In this document: positions 17,686-26,199 of the stretch, in pieces | How positions within the stretch are numbered: position 1 is the stretch's first letter | Layout of the letters: each line of letters begins with the position of its first letter | DNA from: Acutalibacteraceae bacterium | GTDB lineage: Bacteria; Bacillota; Clostridia; Oscillospirales; Acutalibacteraceae | Length of the DNA stretch: 64,000 nucleotides | Assembly: GCA_045536195.1 (NCBI GenBank) | Contig: JAZSNB010000118.1 | Location: 247-64,246, forward strand | Reading direction: 5' to 3' | The notes under the pieces: model-generated | What the model was told of the DNA's origin: nothing | Databases searched by the model: none | The model's input: only the letters and a program-made list of their open reading frames with translations | Made by a program: the position numbers and the translations under genes

Positions 17686-18903
17686 TTACAGAGAGATTCT
17701 GAATGCTTCCTTTACAAGATGGAAGAATTCCATAATAAGGCAGATAATGTCTTCAAGAAGATTCTCATGTTCCTTTCCGCAGAAGGAGCATATTTCAGAA
17801 GCATCCTCGGAATCATCAGGCTGTGTTGTTTCTTCTTCCTGTACGGGCTCCTTGTATTCCTGACCGCAGATTGAACATCCGTAATACGAAACTGTATCTA
17901 CAACAGGAGTGAATTCGGACATCTGCTGAGAATTGCCCCACTCTCCTTCACCGCCGTTACTGTTAACAACTACCTTGTAATACGTGTAAGCAGTATCGGC
18001 ATTTACATCAAAAGCTTCACTCTCGGTCAAAGAATCAGCAGGAAGAGAAGAATCCTTAACGTCATGAACAACTGTCCATTCTCCGTCCTCACTGTCGCTG
18101 CCGTAAACAGTCCAGTCTATCCAGTTACGTTCAGGATAATTAGCTGTATCAAGCGCTGTAGTCATAGTATAAGAAACCAGTTTTACAGGAGCGCCATAAC
18201 TGAAAATAAAATAAGGACATTCTTCTGTTGAAAATTCGGTGCACCATTTTGTATACACATTTCCGTCAAAAAGATAGGAAGCATCCTCGTCATATCCGAT
18301 ACCGGGTGTACCCGAAACAAACCGGGATTCAACAGGCAATTCAACATATTCCTCATGAGAACATTCCATACCGCAGAACTTACAAAGTCCGGTACTTACG
18401 AATAAATGGGTACACACGGCTCCGCAGGCACATATTCCGGTTTCTGATGAATAACCGTGAGGAAAAGCTATGCCGCATTCAAATCCGCAGATCGTACATT
18501 TATTACCTACAACATTATGTTCACATTCTATATATATTACATTATTTTCAAAAAATGCATTTTCCGCCTTAACGCTGACAACAGTTTTTCCGTCGATAGC
18601 TATTTCAAAAGAGCATTCCCACGGACAATTTCCCGGTATCCATTGAAAAACATAATTATCTGAGTCGGATAATTCAAGCTCAACAGTTTCATTATCTCCG
18701 TCCATTGTAACTCTTTCTACCGGTTCAAAATTACCGTCAACAACCTTACTGATTAAAATCGCGTTTCCTTCCCATCCGTCTCCATAAGCATCCTGCATTT
18801 CGATAACAACGTTTTTTCCTGCAGCAAAAGCAGTGACAGTCAATGCAGCAAGCATAACAACAGAGAGAATAATTGATAAGGTTTTCTTTAATGTGTTTTT
18901 CAT
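17686..18903 (-). CDS. Secreted Cys-rich protein with a discoidin/F5-8 type C-like domain and the shared C-terminal CxxCGKxH/amphipathic module
   Basis: I chose the start at the internal Met (MKNTLKKTLSIILSVVMLAALTVTAFAAG, a signal peptide), which is preceded by GAAAGGAGA. A YLFDGNVYTKW...YYKVVV stretch looks like a galactose-binding-like domain. The C-terminus is CSICGQE...CSFCGKEH...IICLIMEFFHLVKEAF. Confidence 0.7.
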   Translation of the reverse strand: MKNTLKKTLSIILSVVMLAALTVTAFAAGKNVVIEMQDAYGDGWEGNAILISKVVDGNFEPVERVTMDGDNETVELELSDSDNYVFQWIPGNCPWECSFEIAIDGKTVVSVKAENAFFENNVIYIECEHNVVGNKCTICGFECGIAFPHGYSSETGICACGAVCTHLFVSTGLCKFCGMECSHEEYVELPVESRFVSGTPGIGYDEDASYLFDGNVYTKWCTEFSTEECPYFIFSYGAPVKLVSYTMTTALDTANYPERNWIDWTVYGSDSEDGEWTVVHDVKDSSLPADSLTESEAFDVNADTAYTYYKVVVNSNGGEGEWGNSQQMSEFTPVVDTVSYYGCSICGQEYKEPVQEEETTQPDDSEDASEICSFCGKEHENLLEDIICLIMEFFHLVKEAFRISL

Positions 18904-19189
18904 TAATTTTTCTCCTTTCAGGATTTTTTGTTGCATAAACCCGGCCGACGACGGATTTGCCTTAAAATTTTTGTCGATTGTCAATCATAACGACATTAAA
19001 ATATCAGCTACAGGGGAAGTGAAAGTATTTTCAAACAGGAAAAGCATCTTCAACAATCTGTCTTCACAGCTTCCAGTTTTAATATTCGGGCTGATATTCA
19101 TCTGTTCATCATTCAAATAAAGCACATTCGCAAAACGGACCGCAGTTTGATATCAACAACATTTTACAACACTATTTGTTTATTGTCAA

Positions 19190-19234
19190 CATAAAAATCA
19201 AGACACAACCTGTAAATTTTACAGATTGTGTCTT
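19190..19234 (-). terminator. Rho-independent terminator ending the T-box(Ile) operon after ilvE
   Basis: Minus strand has AAGACACAA-tctgtaaaatttacagg-TTGTGTCTT followed by GATTTTTAT. Confidence 0.6.
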
Positions 19235-19255
19235 GGGTTCAAATGAGATTTTTGA

Positions 19256-20317
19256 TTATACTTTATATGTCCAGCCCTTTGTGTCTTCCAGTATGCCCCA
19301 TTGGATGCCTGTGAGGGTGTCATAGAGCTTTTGGGTAAGGGTGCCTATGCAGTTATTGTTGATGACATACTCTTTGCCGTTATGGACAAGCTTTCCTATA
19401 GGAGAAATAACAGCAGCAGTGCCGCAGCCGAAGGCTTCCTCAAGGGTGCCGTTTTCGAGAGCGGAGATTATTTCGTCAACGCTGATTCTTCTTTCCTCGA
19501 CAGGGATTCCCTGATCCTTCAGAAGCTCTATAACAGAACGTCTTGTGATGCCGGGAAGAACTGTTCCGATAAGATCGGGAGTGACTACTTTTCCGTCGAT
19601 TCTGAACATAACATTCATGGAACCGACCTCTTCAACATACTTTCTTTCCACTCCGTCAAGCCAGAGCACCTGAGAGAAGCCGAGCTTTTCTGCTCTCTCG
19701 CCTGCCCTTGTGCTTGCGGCATAGTTGCCTCCGCACTTGGCATAACCCGTACCGCCCTTTACGGCTCGCACGTCCTGAGTTTCAATCATTATGCTTACGG
19801 GATTTATTCCCTCTTTATAATAGCTGCCGCTGGGGGAAGCTATTATTATAAACGAAGCCTCGTTTATACCGTGAAGTCCGAGATTTGCTTCGGTAGCAAT
19901 CATAAACGGACGGATATAAAGTGAGGTTCCCTCTTTGTGAGGCACGAAATCCTCTTCAAGCTTCACAAACTCGTGAAGAGCCTGCAAGGCATCATTCTCA
20001 TCGAGAACAGGCAGACACAGTCTTTCGGCAGAATCGTTCATTCTTCTGATATTATCAAGAGGTCTGAACATCTGCACACTGCCGTCTTTGGTTCTGTATG
20101 CCTTAAGTCCTTCAAACACCTCTGCGCCGTAGTGAAGCACCACAGCAGCAGGATGCAAAGACAAAGGTCCGAAGGGGACAATTCTTGCATCGTGCCAACC
20201 CTCAGCCTTATTATAATCCATAATAAACATATGGTCGGTATAAGTAAGACCGAAGCCGAGGTTATTTTCATCCGGCTTTTCCGACGGATGGGGATTAAGA
20301 ACTGTTTTTATATTCAT
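19256..20317 (-). CDS. ilvE: Branched-chain amino acid aminotransferase
   Basis: 353 aa (type IV PLP fold): GLTYTDHMF, EGLKAYR and GTGYAKCGGNYAAS. Confidence 0.9.
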   Translation of the reverse strand: MNIKTVLNPHPSEKPDENNLGFGLTYTDHMFIMDYNKAEGWHDARIVPFGPLSLHPAAVVLHYGAEVFEGLKAYRTKDGSVQMFRPLDNIRRMNDSAERLCLPVLDENDALQALHEFVKLEEDFVPHKEGTSLYIRPFMIATEANLGLHGINEASFIIIASPSGSYYKEGINPVSIMIETQDVRAVKGGTGYAKCGGNYAASTRAGERAEKLGFSQVLWLDGVERKYVEEVGSMNVMFRIDGKVVTPDLIGTVLPGITRRSVIELLKDQGIPVEERRISVDEIISALENGTLEEAFGCGTAAVISPIGKLVHNGKEYVINNNCIGTLTQKLYDTLTGIQWGILEDTKGWTYKV

Positions 20318-20329
20318 TTAATCGCCTTC

Positions 20330-20863
20330 TTAAAGAGCAGCACCTGTATTAAGTGCTTCAAGATTATATTTCAGCATATCCTGATGGCGTGCGGAAATAA
20401 CCTTATTAAGGGCAGCCTCAAGATTTTCGTTTCCGATTCCTTCAACTTCCTTGATTACCTTACCGGTGATGATCATATTTGCAAGTGTACTGATATTTTT
20501 TTCATTTGCAAGACCTGATGCGGGAACATAATACACATCAACGTCTGTTCTTTCAACCTTTCTTCCGATAAGAGTTGAGTCAACGAAAATCTTACCGCCG
20601 GGGGTAACTGCATTTTCATACTTATCAAGTGAAGGAAGATTCATAGCGATAAGCACGTCGGGCTTATCGACGATGGGTGAACCGATGGGATCATCGCTTA
20701 AAATAACTGAGCAGTTTGCAGTACCGCCTCTCATTTCGGGACCGTAGGAAGGAAGCCAGCTTACCTGTTTGCCCTCAATAAGACCCTTGTATGCAAGGAA
20801 TTTACCTGCAAAAAGAATACCCTGTCCGCCGAAGCCGGCAAAAAGCATATTAACAGTAGCCAT
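20330..20863 (-). CDS. 2-oxoacid:ferredoxin oxidoreductase, gamma subunit
   Basis: 177 aa: [17 protein letters not shown]...SYGPEMRGG. It lies 12 nt upstream of ilvE. Confidence 0.85.
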   Translation of the reverse strand: MATVNMLFAGFGGQGILFAGKFLAYKGLIEGKQVSWLPSYGPEMRGGTANCSVILSDDPIGSPIVDKPDVLIAMNLPSLDKYENAVTPGGKIFVDSTLIGRKVERTDVDVYYVPASGLANEKNISTLANMIITGKVIKEVEGIGNENLEAALNKVISARHQDMLKYNLEALNTGAAL

Positions 20864-21624
20864 TATTCTGCCTCCTTTTCTGATGTTATATCCTTATAAA
20901 CACCTAAAGGATAGTAGGGAATCATATTCTCCTCAAGCCAGGTGAGAGCCTTTTCGGGAGTCATACCCCAGTTTGTGGGACAGGTGGAAACAACCTCAAT
21001 AAGAGAGAAGCCTTTTCCGTCTATCTGATTCTGGAAAGCCTTTTTGATAGCCTTCTTTGCATTTCTTACATTCTTTACGTTATTAACGGCAACTCTTTCA
21101 AGATAAGCTGCACCATCAACATTCTGAAGCATTTCGCATACCTTTACGGGATAGCCGACAGTGGATACATCTCTGCCGTAGGGTGAGGTCTGAGTAACCT
21201 GACCGGGAAGAGTTGTGGGAGCCATCTGACCGCCTGTCATACCGTAAATTGCATTGTTTACGAAAATAACGGTGATATTTTCTCTTCTTGCTGCAGCGTG
21301 AACTGTTTCTGCAGTACCTATAGCTGCAAGGTCACCGTCGCCCTGATATGTAAATACGATATTATCGGGATCTGATCTTTTAACACCTGTTGCAACAGCG
21401 GGAGCTCTGCCGTGAGCAGCCTGAACAAAGTCACAGGTAAAATAATTATATGCCATAACGGAACAGCCTACGGGAGCAACACCGATAGTCTTTCCTTCAA
21501 TGCCCAATTCATCAATAACTTCGGCAACAAGACGGTGGATTATACCGTGAGTACAGCCGGGACAATAGTGAAGAACTGCATCTGTAAGGGATTTGGGTTT
21601 CTGAAATACTATAGCCATACTCAA
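20863..21624 (-). CDS. 2-oxoacid:ferredoxin oxidoreductase, beta (TPP-binding) subunit
   Basis: 253 aa: CPGCTHG, GDGDLAAIG and NNAIYGMTGGQ. Its start and stop overlap the neighbouring subunit genes. Confidence 0.9.
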   Translation of the reverse strand: MSMAIVFQKPKSLTDAVLHYCPGCTHGIIHRLVAEVIDELGIEGKTIGVAPVGCSVMAYNYFTCDFVQAAHGRAPAVATGVKRSDPDNIVFTYQGDGDLAAIGTAETVHAAARRENITVIFVNNAIYGMTGGQMAPTTLPGQVTQTSPYGRDVSTVGYPVKVCEMLQNVDGAAYLERVAVNNVKNVRNAKKAIKKAFQNQIDGKGFSLIEVVSTCPTNWGMTPEKALTWLEENMIPYYPLGVYKDITSEKEAE

Positions 21625-22691
21625 GCCTCCTTTTCGTTTACTTCAACAATTTTTTCAAGCACCTGTTCGGGGGTGGGAATCATACCGCCTGTACGGCAGC
21701 AAAGGTGAACTTCCTTTTTACATCTGATGCTGAGCTCAATATCCTCTATCATCTGACCCATATTCATTTCAACAGAGATAAATGCCTTGCACTTATCGGC
21801 TGCCTTATTGAGCACTGCCTTGGGGAAGGGCCAGAGAGTGATGGGACGGATAAGTCCTGCCTTTATTCCCTTTTCGCGGGCAACATTTATTGCATTTTTT
21901 GCAACACGGGATGTGATACCGAATGCAACAACGCAGATTTCGGCATCATCCATAAGATATTCCTCATACATAGCCTCTGTTTCTTCAATGAGCTTGTATT
22001 TTTCATATCTTTCAAAATTCTTCTTTTCAAGCTCTTCAGGCTGAAGGAAAAGAGAGTTTACAATATTATGCTTTCTTTCACCCTTCGTGCCGGTTACAGC
22101 CCAGGGCTTTTCAACATTATATGTGCTTTCGATATCAAGAGAAACAGGCTCCATCATCTGACCCATTGTACCGTCGGCAAGAATCATTGAAACCATTCTG
22201 TATTTATCTGCAAGCTCAAAGCCCTTTACCGTAAGGCTTGCCATTTCCTGAACGGAAGCGGGAGCAAGGACAATATTGTGGAAGTCGCCGTGGCTTCCGC
22301 CCTTTACTGTCTGCCAATAGTCAGACTGAGAAGGCTGAATACCGCCGAGACCGGGGCCGCCTCTCTGAACATTTACAATAAGTGCGGGAAGATCACAGCC
22401 TGCAAGGTATGAAATACCCTCACTCTTGAGTGAAATTCCGGGGGAGGAAGAAGAGGTCATAACTCTTTTTCCGGTGGATGCTACACCTATAACCATATTG
22501 ATAGCGGCAATTTCGCTTTCAGCCTGAAGGAATGTGCCGCCGATTTTAGGCATTTTTTTGGACATATATGCCGCAACCTCAGTCTGAGGAGTAATAGGAT
22601 ATCCGAAGTAATGACGGCAGCCTGCCTTAATAGCGGCTTCAGCTATAGCTTCGTTACCCTTCATAAGTACCATATCGCTCATTTTTTTCAC
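21621..22691 (-). CDS. 2-oxoacid:ferredoxin oxidoreductase, alpha subunit
   Basis: 356 aa: LMKGNEAIAEAAIKAGCRHYFGYPITPQTE. Confidence 0.9.
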   Translation of the reverse strand: MKKMSDMVLMKGNEAIAEAAIKAGCRHYFGYPITPQTEVAAYMSKKMPKIGGTFLQAESEIAAINMVIGVASTGKRVMTSSSSPGISLKSEGISYLAGCDLPALIVNVQRGGPGLGGIQPSQSDYWQTVKGGSHGDFHNIVLAPASVQEMASLTVKGFELADKYRMVSMILADGTMGQMMEPVSLDIESTYNVEKPWAVTGTKGERKHNIVNSLFLQPEELEKKNFERYEKYKLIEETEAMYEEYLMDDAEICVVAFGITSRVAKNAINVAREKGIKAGLIRPITLWPFPKAVLNKAADKCKAFISVEMNMGQMIEDIELSIRCKKEVHLCCRTGGMIPTPEQVLEKIVEVNEKEA

Positions 22692-22894
22692 CTCTCAACA
22701 GTAATAACGCAATCGGGACACATTGTAGCACAGAAAGCACAGGCAATACAGGAAGCCTGATCTGTGATTTCTGCAGGATGGTGTCCTTTGATATTAAGGC
22801 GTGTTTCAGATAATTTAATAATTCCCTTGGGACAGGCGCCCACACAAAGGGAGCAGCCCTTGCAAAGGTCTTCATTGAATGTAACTTTTGCCAT
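22688..22894 (-). CDS. 2-oxoacid:ferredoxin oxidoreductase, delta subunit (2x[4Fe-4S] ferredoxin)
   Basis: 68 aa with CKGCSLCVGACP and CIACAFCATMCP motifs. Confidence 0.9.
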   Translation of the reverse strand: MAKVTFNEDLCKGCSLCVGACPKGIIKLSETRLNIKGHHPAEITDQASCIACAFCATMCPDCVITVER

Positions 22895-22908
22895 TATATT
22901 CTCTCCTA

Positions 22909-23565
22909 TCAGATAATTTTTTTCTGAAGCTCCATCGGGAAAAGCTTTATATCCGTTGTATCAAGCTTTTCGCAAAGAGATTTTTCCGCAGATGTGAATT
23001 TAACGGGAATGCCCGCCAACATAGAAAGTTTATCACTTTCTTCGGCAGAGGTCAAGAGTGCAGAAATATCTGTCAGCTCACCCAGATTTGAATTATTTAT
23101 AATTGCAGTGAATTTCATCTGACAGGCCTCTTCAATTTCCCTCATAACCTCATAAGCCCCGGAGGCGTCCGGGGTAAGAGGTCTGTATTTATTGAAAACA
23201 AAAAGAAATTCGTAATCGTTTTCTTCTTTTATTTTATCGGCATATCTGCCCAGGGCATATGCTCCCCTGTCGTCACCGCCCAGGTCTACAATATAATAGC
23301 TTTCCTTGTCGTCAACTATACTGTACATTTCCTGAGGAATTGCGGGAATATCAACATTTGAGTTTGCATACTCGGATGAAATAAGCTTTATGCCTGCATT
23401 CGTAAGCCTGTCAAGTGAATCCTTTGTTCTGAAATAAGGATTTACTATATCGAGGTCAGCTATAACCACAGGCAGCCCTTGCTTTTTCATTTTCAATGCC
23501 AAATTAACGGCAATGTTTGTTTTTCCCGAGCCGTAATGCCCTGCAATAATTGTTATTCTTTTCAT
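22909..23565 (-). CDS. SIMIBI-class P-loop NTPase (MinD/ParA/CooC-like)
   Basis: 218 aa with Walker A IIAGHYGSGKTNIAVNLA and DLD(I)VNP. It sits 14 nt upstream of the OFOR delta subunit and 5 nt downstream of the acyl-CoA synthetase fusion. Confidence 0.6.
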   Translation of the reverse strand: MKRITIIAGHYGSGKTNIAVNLALKMKKQGLPVVIADLDIVNPYFRTKDSLDRLTNAGIKLISSEYANSNVDIPAIPQEMYSIVDDKESYYIVDLGGDDRGAYALGRYADKIKEENDYEFLFVFNKYRPLTPDASGAYEVMREIEEACQMKFTAIINNSNLGELTDISALLTSAEESDKLSMLAGIPVKFTSAEKSLCEKLDTTDIKLFPMELQKKII

Positions 23566-23570
23566 ATTTC

Positions 23571-25838
23571 TTACAGCTTGTTTCTCTGAATCTTTCCGCT
23601 TATTGTCTTGGGAAGAGATTCTCTGAATACAACGATTCTGGGATATTTATAAGGAGCAGTATGCTCTTTTACATACTTCTGAATTTCCTTCTTAAGCTCT
23701 TCAGTAGGCTCAGTGCCCTTTGTAAGCACGATGCTTGCTTTTACTACCTGACCTCTGAGTTCATCAGGCTCTGCAGAAACACCGCATTCAAGAACATAAG
23801 GAAGCTCCATGATAACATTTTCGATTTCAAAGGGTCCTATACGGTAACCGGAGGACTTGATAACATCATCAACTCTGCCCACATACCAGAAATGTCCGTC
23901 TTCATCCTTCCATGCAAGGTCACCTGTGTGATAATAACCGTCGTGCCATACCTCATCGGTCTTTTCCTGCTGATTGTAATAGCCGAGGAAAAGTCCGCAG
24001 GGAACCTTTTCGGATGTACGAACAACAATTTCACCGTTTTCACCAAGCTGAGCGGGAGTGCCGTCTGCTTTTATTATATCTATATCATACATGGGATTAG
24101 CCTTGCCCATAGAACCGGGCTTAGGAGTAGTACCCACAAGATTTGCAATGGTAAGAGTGGTTTCGGTCTGTCCGAAGCCTTCCATAAGCTGAAGTCCCGT
24201 TGCTGCCTCAAACTGCTTGAAAACCTCGGGATTGAGCGCTTCACCTGCTATTGTGGCATGCTTTATTGAAGAAAGATCATACTTTGAAAGATCCTGCTTG
24301 ATAAGCATTCTGTACATAGTGGGAGGTGCACAGAAGGTGGTTATCTTGTATTTTGCAAACATAGGCAGAATTACCGATGCATCAAAGCGGTCAAAGTCAT
24401 AAACAAATACTGAGCCTTCGCAAAGCCACTGTCCGTAGAGCTTGCCCCAGAGTGCCTTACCCCAGCCGGTATCTGAAATTGTGAAATGAAGTCCGTCTTT
24501 ATTTACCGTGTGCCAGTATTTTGCCGTAACAAAATGGGCAAGAGGATATGAGAAGCTGTGGGTTGCAATTTTGGGATATCCTGTTGTACCCGATGTGAAG
24601 AACATAAGCATAGGTTCTTTTCCGCAGGCAGTATCATCTTCTCTTCTGAAACGGCGGGAGAAAAGCTTATATTCATTATCAAAGTTGTGCCAGCCCTCTC
24701 TGTCCTCTCCAACAACAATCTTTGTGGTAAGAGTGGGACACTTATCGGCACATTCATCAACGTGAGCGGGTGTGTTATCATCGGAAGTACAGACAATTGC
24801 ACTGACACCTGCTGCATTGAAGCGGTATTCAAAATCGTGAGCCTGCAGCTGATGAGTAGCGGGAATTACTATAGCACCAAGTCTGTGGAGTGCAAGAATA
24901 GAGAACCAGAACTGATAGTGACGCTTCAGCACAAGCATAACCCTGTCACCCTTTTTGATTCCCAATGATCTGAAATAGTTTGCTGTCTGACAGGAATATT
25001 CCTTTATCTGCTGATAAGTAAACACTCTCTCTGTCATATCCCTTGCTATATGAATCATAGCAGTTTTGTCGGGAGATTTCTTTGCGATCTTATCTACAAC
25101 ATCAAAAGCAAAATTGAATTCATCAGTGTTTTCGAAACCAATATCAAGAAGCTCACCGCGTTCATTTTCCACAGGCTTTACAAACTTGTGGCACACAAGA
25201 GATTCCGATACTCTTGCCTCGGGCATTATTCTGTTTTTTGCAATATCCTCGGGAGCCTCATCGGAAGCAAGGATAAATGCAAGGAAAACACAGTCTCTGC
25301 CGTCAACAGCAATCATTCCGTGAGGAGTTGAGCTCTTATAATAAATACTGTCACCCTCGTGAAGTATTTCGGTATGGTCGCCTACCTTTACCATAAGAGT
25401 TCCGCTTATAACCATATCAAACTCCTGACCTGCGTGGGTAGTTGTATGAATGGGTTTGTTTTCAAGATCGGCAGAATATTCATATCTTACCCAGTAGGGG
25501 TCACCCAGCTTATCCTTGAACAGAGGAGCAAGATTCTGTATTTCAATACCGTTTTCCTTGGCTGTAGTCTGCCCCTCACCTTTTCTTGTTACGGTATAGG
25601 ATGTAAGCTTTGCGCTGTGACCTTCGAGAAGGTCAGTTATACCGATATCAAAAGCAAGTGCACACTTATGTATAAATGAGAAAGGAAGATCTTCCGTTCC
25701 GCCTTCATAAGCCATATATTGCTCGGGGGATACTTCGGTTTTTTCTGCCATTTGCTCAACGGTAAATTCGCTTATAGAGCGCATTTCCTTAATTCGGCGA
25801 GCCACCTCATAAAGTTTATTGTTTGTTGTCGTAGCCAC
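23571..25838 (-). CDS. Fusion protein: XRE-family HTH + cupin sensor domain + AMP-forming (medium-chain type) acyl-CoA synthetase
   Basis: 755 aa with a GTG start 8 nt after AAAGGAGG. Residues about 8-75 form an HTH_XRE (RRIKEMRSISEFTVEQMAEKTEVSPEQYMAYEGG). Residues about 120-200 form a cupin (HAGQEFDMVISG...GDSIYYKSSTPHGM). The rest carries FFTSGTTGYPK, YHTGDLAWKDEDGHFWYVGRVDDVIKSSGYRIGPFEIE and PKTISGKIQR. Confidence 0.85.
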   Translation of the reverse strand: MATTTNNKLYEVARRIKEMRSISEFTVEQMAEKTEVSPEQYMAYEGGTEDLPFSFIHKCALAFDIGITDLLEGHSAKLTSYTVTRKGEGQTTAKENGIEIQNLAPLFKDKLGDPYWVRYEYSADLENKPIHTTTHAGQEFDMVISGTLMVKVGDHTEILHEGDSIYYKSSTPHGMIAVDGRDCVFLAFILASDEAPEDIAKNRIMPEARVSESLVCHKFVKPVENERGELLDIGFENTDEFNFAFDVVDKIAKKSPDKTAMIHIARDMTERVFTYQQIKEYSCQTANYFRSLGIKKGDRVMLVLKRHYQFWFSILALHRLGAIVIPATHQLQAHDFEYRFNAAGVSAIVCTSDDNTPAHVDECADKCPTLTTKIVVGEDREGWHNFDNEYKLFSRRFRREDDTACGKEPMLMFFTSGTTGYPKIATHSFSYPLAHFVTAKYWHTVNKDGLHFTISDTGWGKALWGKLYGQWLCEGSVFVYDFDRFDASVILPMFAKYKITTFCAPPTMYRMLIKQDLSKYDLSSIKHATIAGEALNPEVFKQFEAATGLQLMEGFGQTETTLTIANLVGTTPKPGSMGKANPMYDIDIIKADGTPAQLGENGEIVVRTSEKVPCGLFLGYYNQQEKTDEVWHDGYYHTGDLAWKDEDGHFWYVGRVDDVIKSSGYRIGPFEIENVIMELPYVLECGVSAEPDELRGQVVKASIVLTKGTEPTEELKKEIQKYVKEHTAPYKYPRIVVFRESLPKTISGKIQRNKL

Positions 25839-25860
25839 AGTAAAAACCTCCTTTTACAAA

Positions 25861-26127
25861 AAAATAAATCCGTCCCAAAGTAAAAAACTTTGAGACGGAA
25901 ACATAATACTTTTTCCGCGGTACCACTCAAATTGCGAAAACTATTGTTTTCACCGCTTCAGAGTCCGACAACTCCTTTGCACTAACGGGGCATTCCCGGG
26001 AAACACTACTGTTATTTCGCATTTCCGGCTCGGAAGCGATAGCCTGTTGAAAGAATCGTCTCACGGCTTGCACCAACCGCCGTTTCTCTGCATCGGATAT
26101 CTTTCAGGCCTCTTCGTCACAGCCATT
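25861..26127 (-). promoter_or_regulatory. T-box riboswitch leader, probable Ile (AUC) specifier
   Basis: On the minus strand, Stem I has a GA/K-turn (GGCUGUGACGAAG ... CUUCCGAGCC), an AGAGA bay and a GGUUGGUGCAA distal loop. A CCGUUA F-box-like element and a stem III follow. The T-box sequence is AAUUUGAGUGGUACCGCGG (25915-25933). The terminator is UCCGUCUCAAAG-uuuuuuac-CUUUGGGACGGA followed by a U-run. The antiterminator alternative UUUGAG/CUCAAA plus CGGAAA/UUUCCG is also present. Confidence 0.85.
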
Positions 26128-26133
26128 GACTGA

Positions 26134-26162
26134 ATAATATCACAACACTATTTATTTGTCAA
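26134..26162 (-). promoter_or_regulatory. Sigma-A type promoter for the T-box(Ile) operon
   Basis: Minus strand has TTGACA, a 17-nt spacer, then TATTAT. It sits just upstream of T-box Stem I. Confidence 0.6.
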
Positions 26163-26199
26163 CATCATAAAACTAATAAAATCAATTAAAAAAATTAAT

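Noticed and set aside
19161-19200. Shared 12-mer ACAACACTATTT next to TGTCAACAT in two promoter regions (19165-19195 and 26142-26168), considered as a possible common operator
   Set aside because: By a rough estimate of about 4e9 position pairs against 1.7e7 possible 12-mers, exact 12-nt matches are expected by chance many times in a 64 kb AT-rich window. The element is also offset by 3 nt relative to the -35/-10 boxes in the two promoters. This is most simply similarity between strong AT-rich promoters. It would need a genome-wide motif search to revive.
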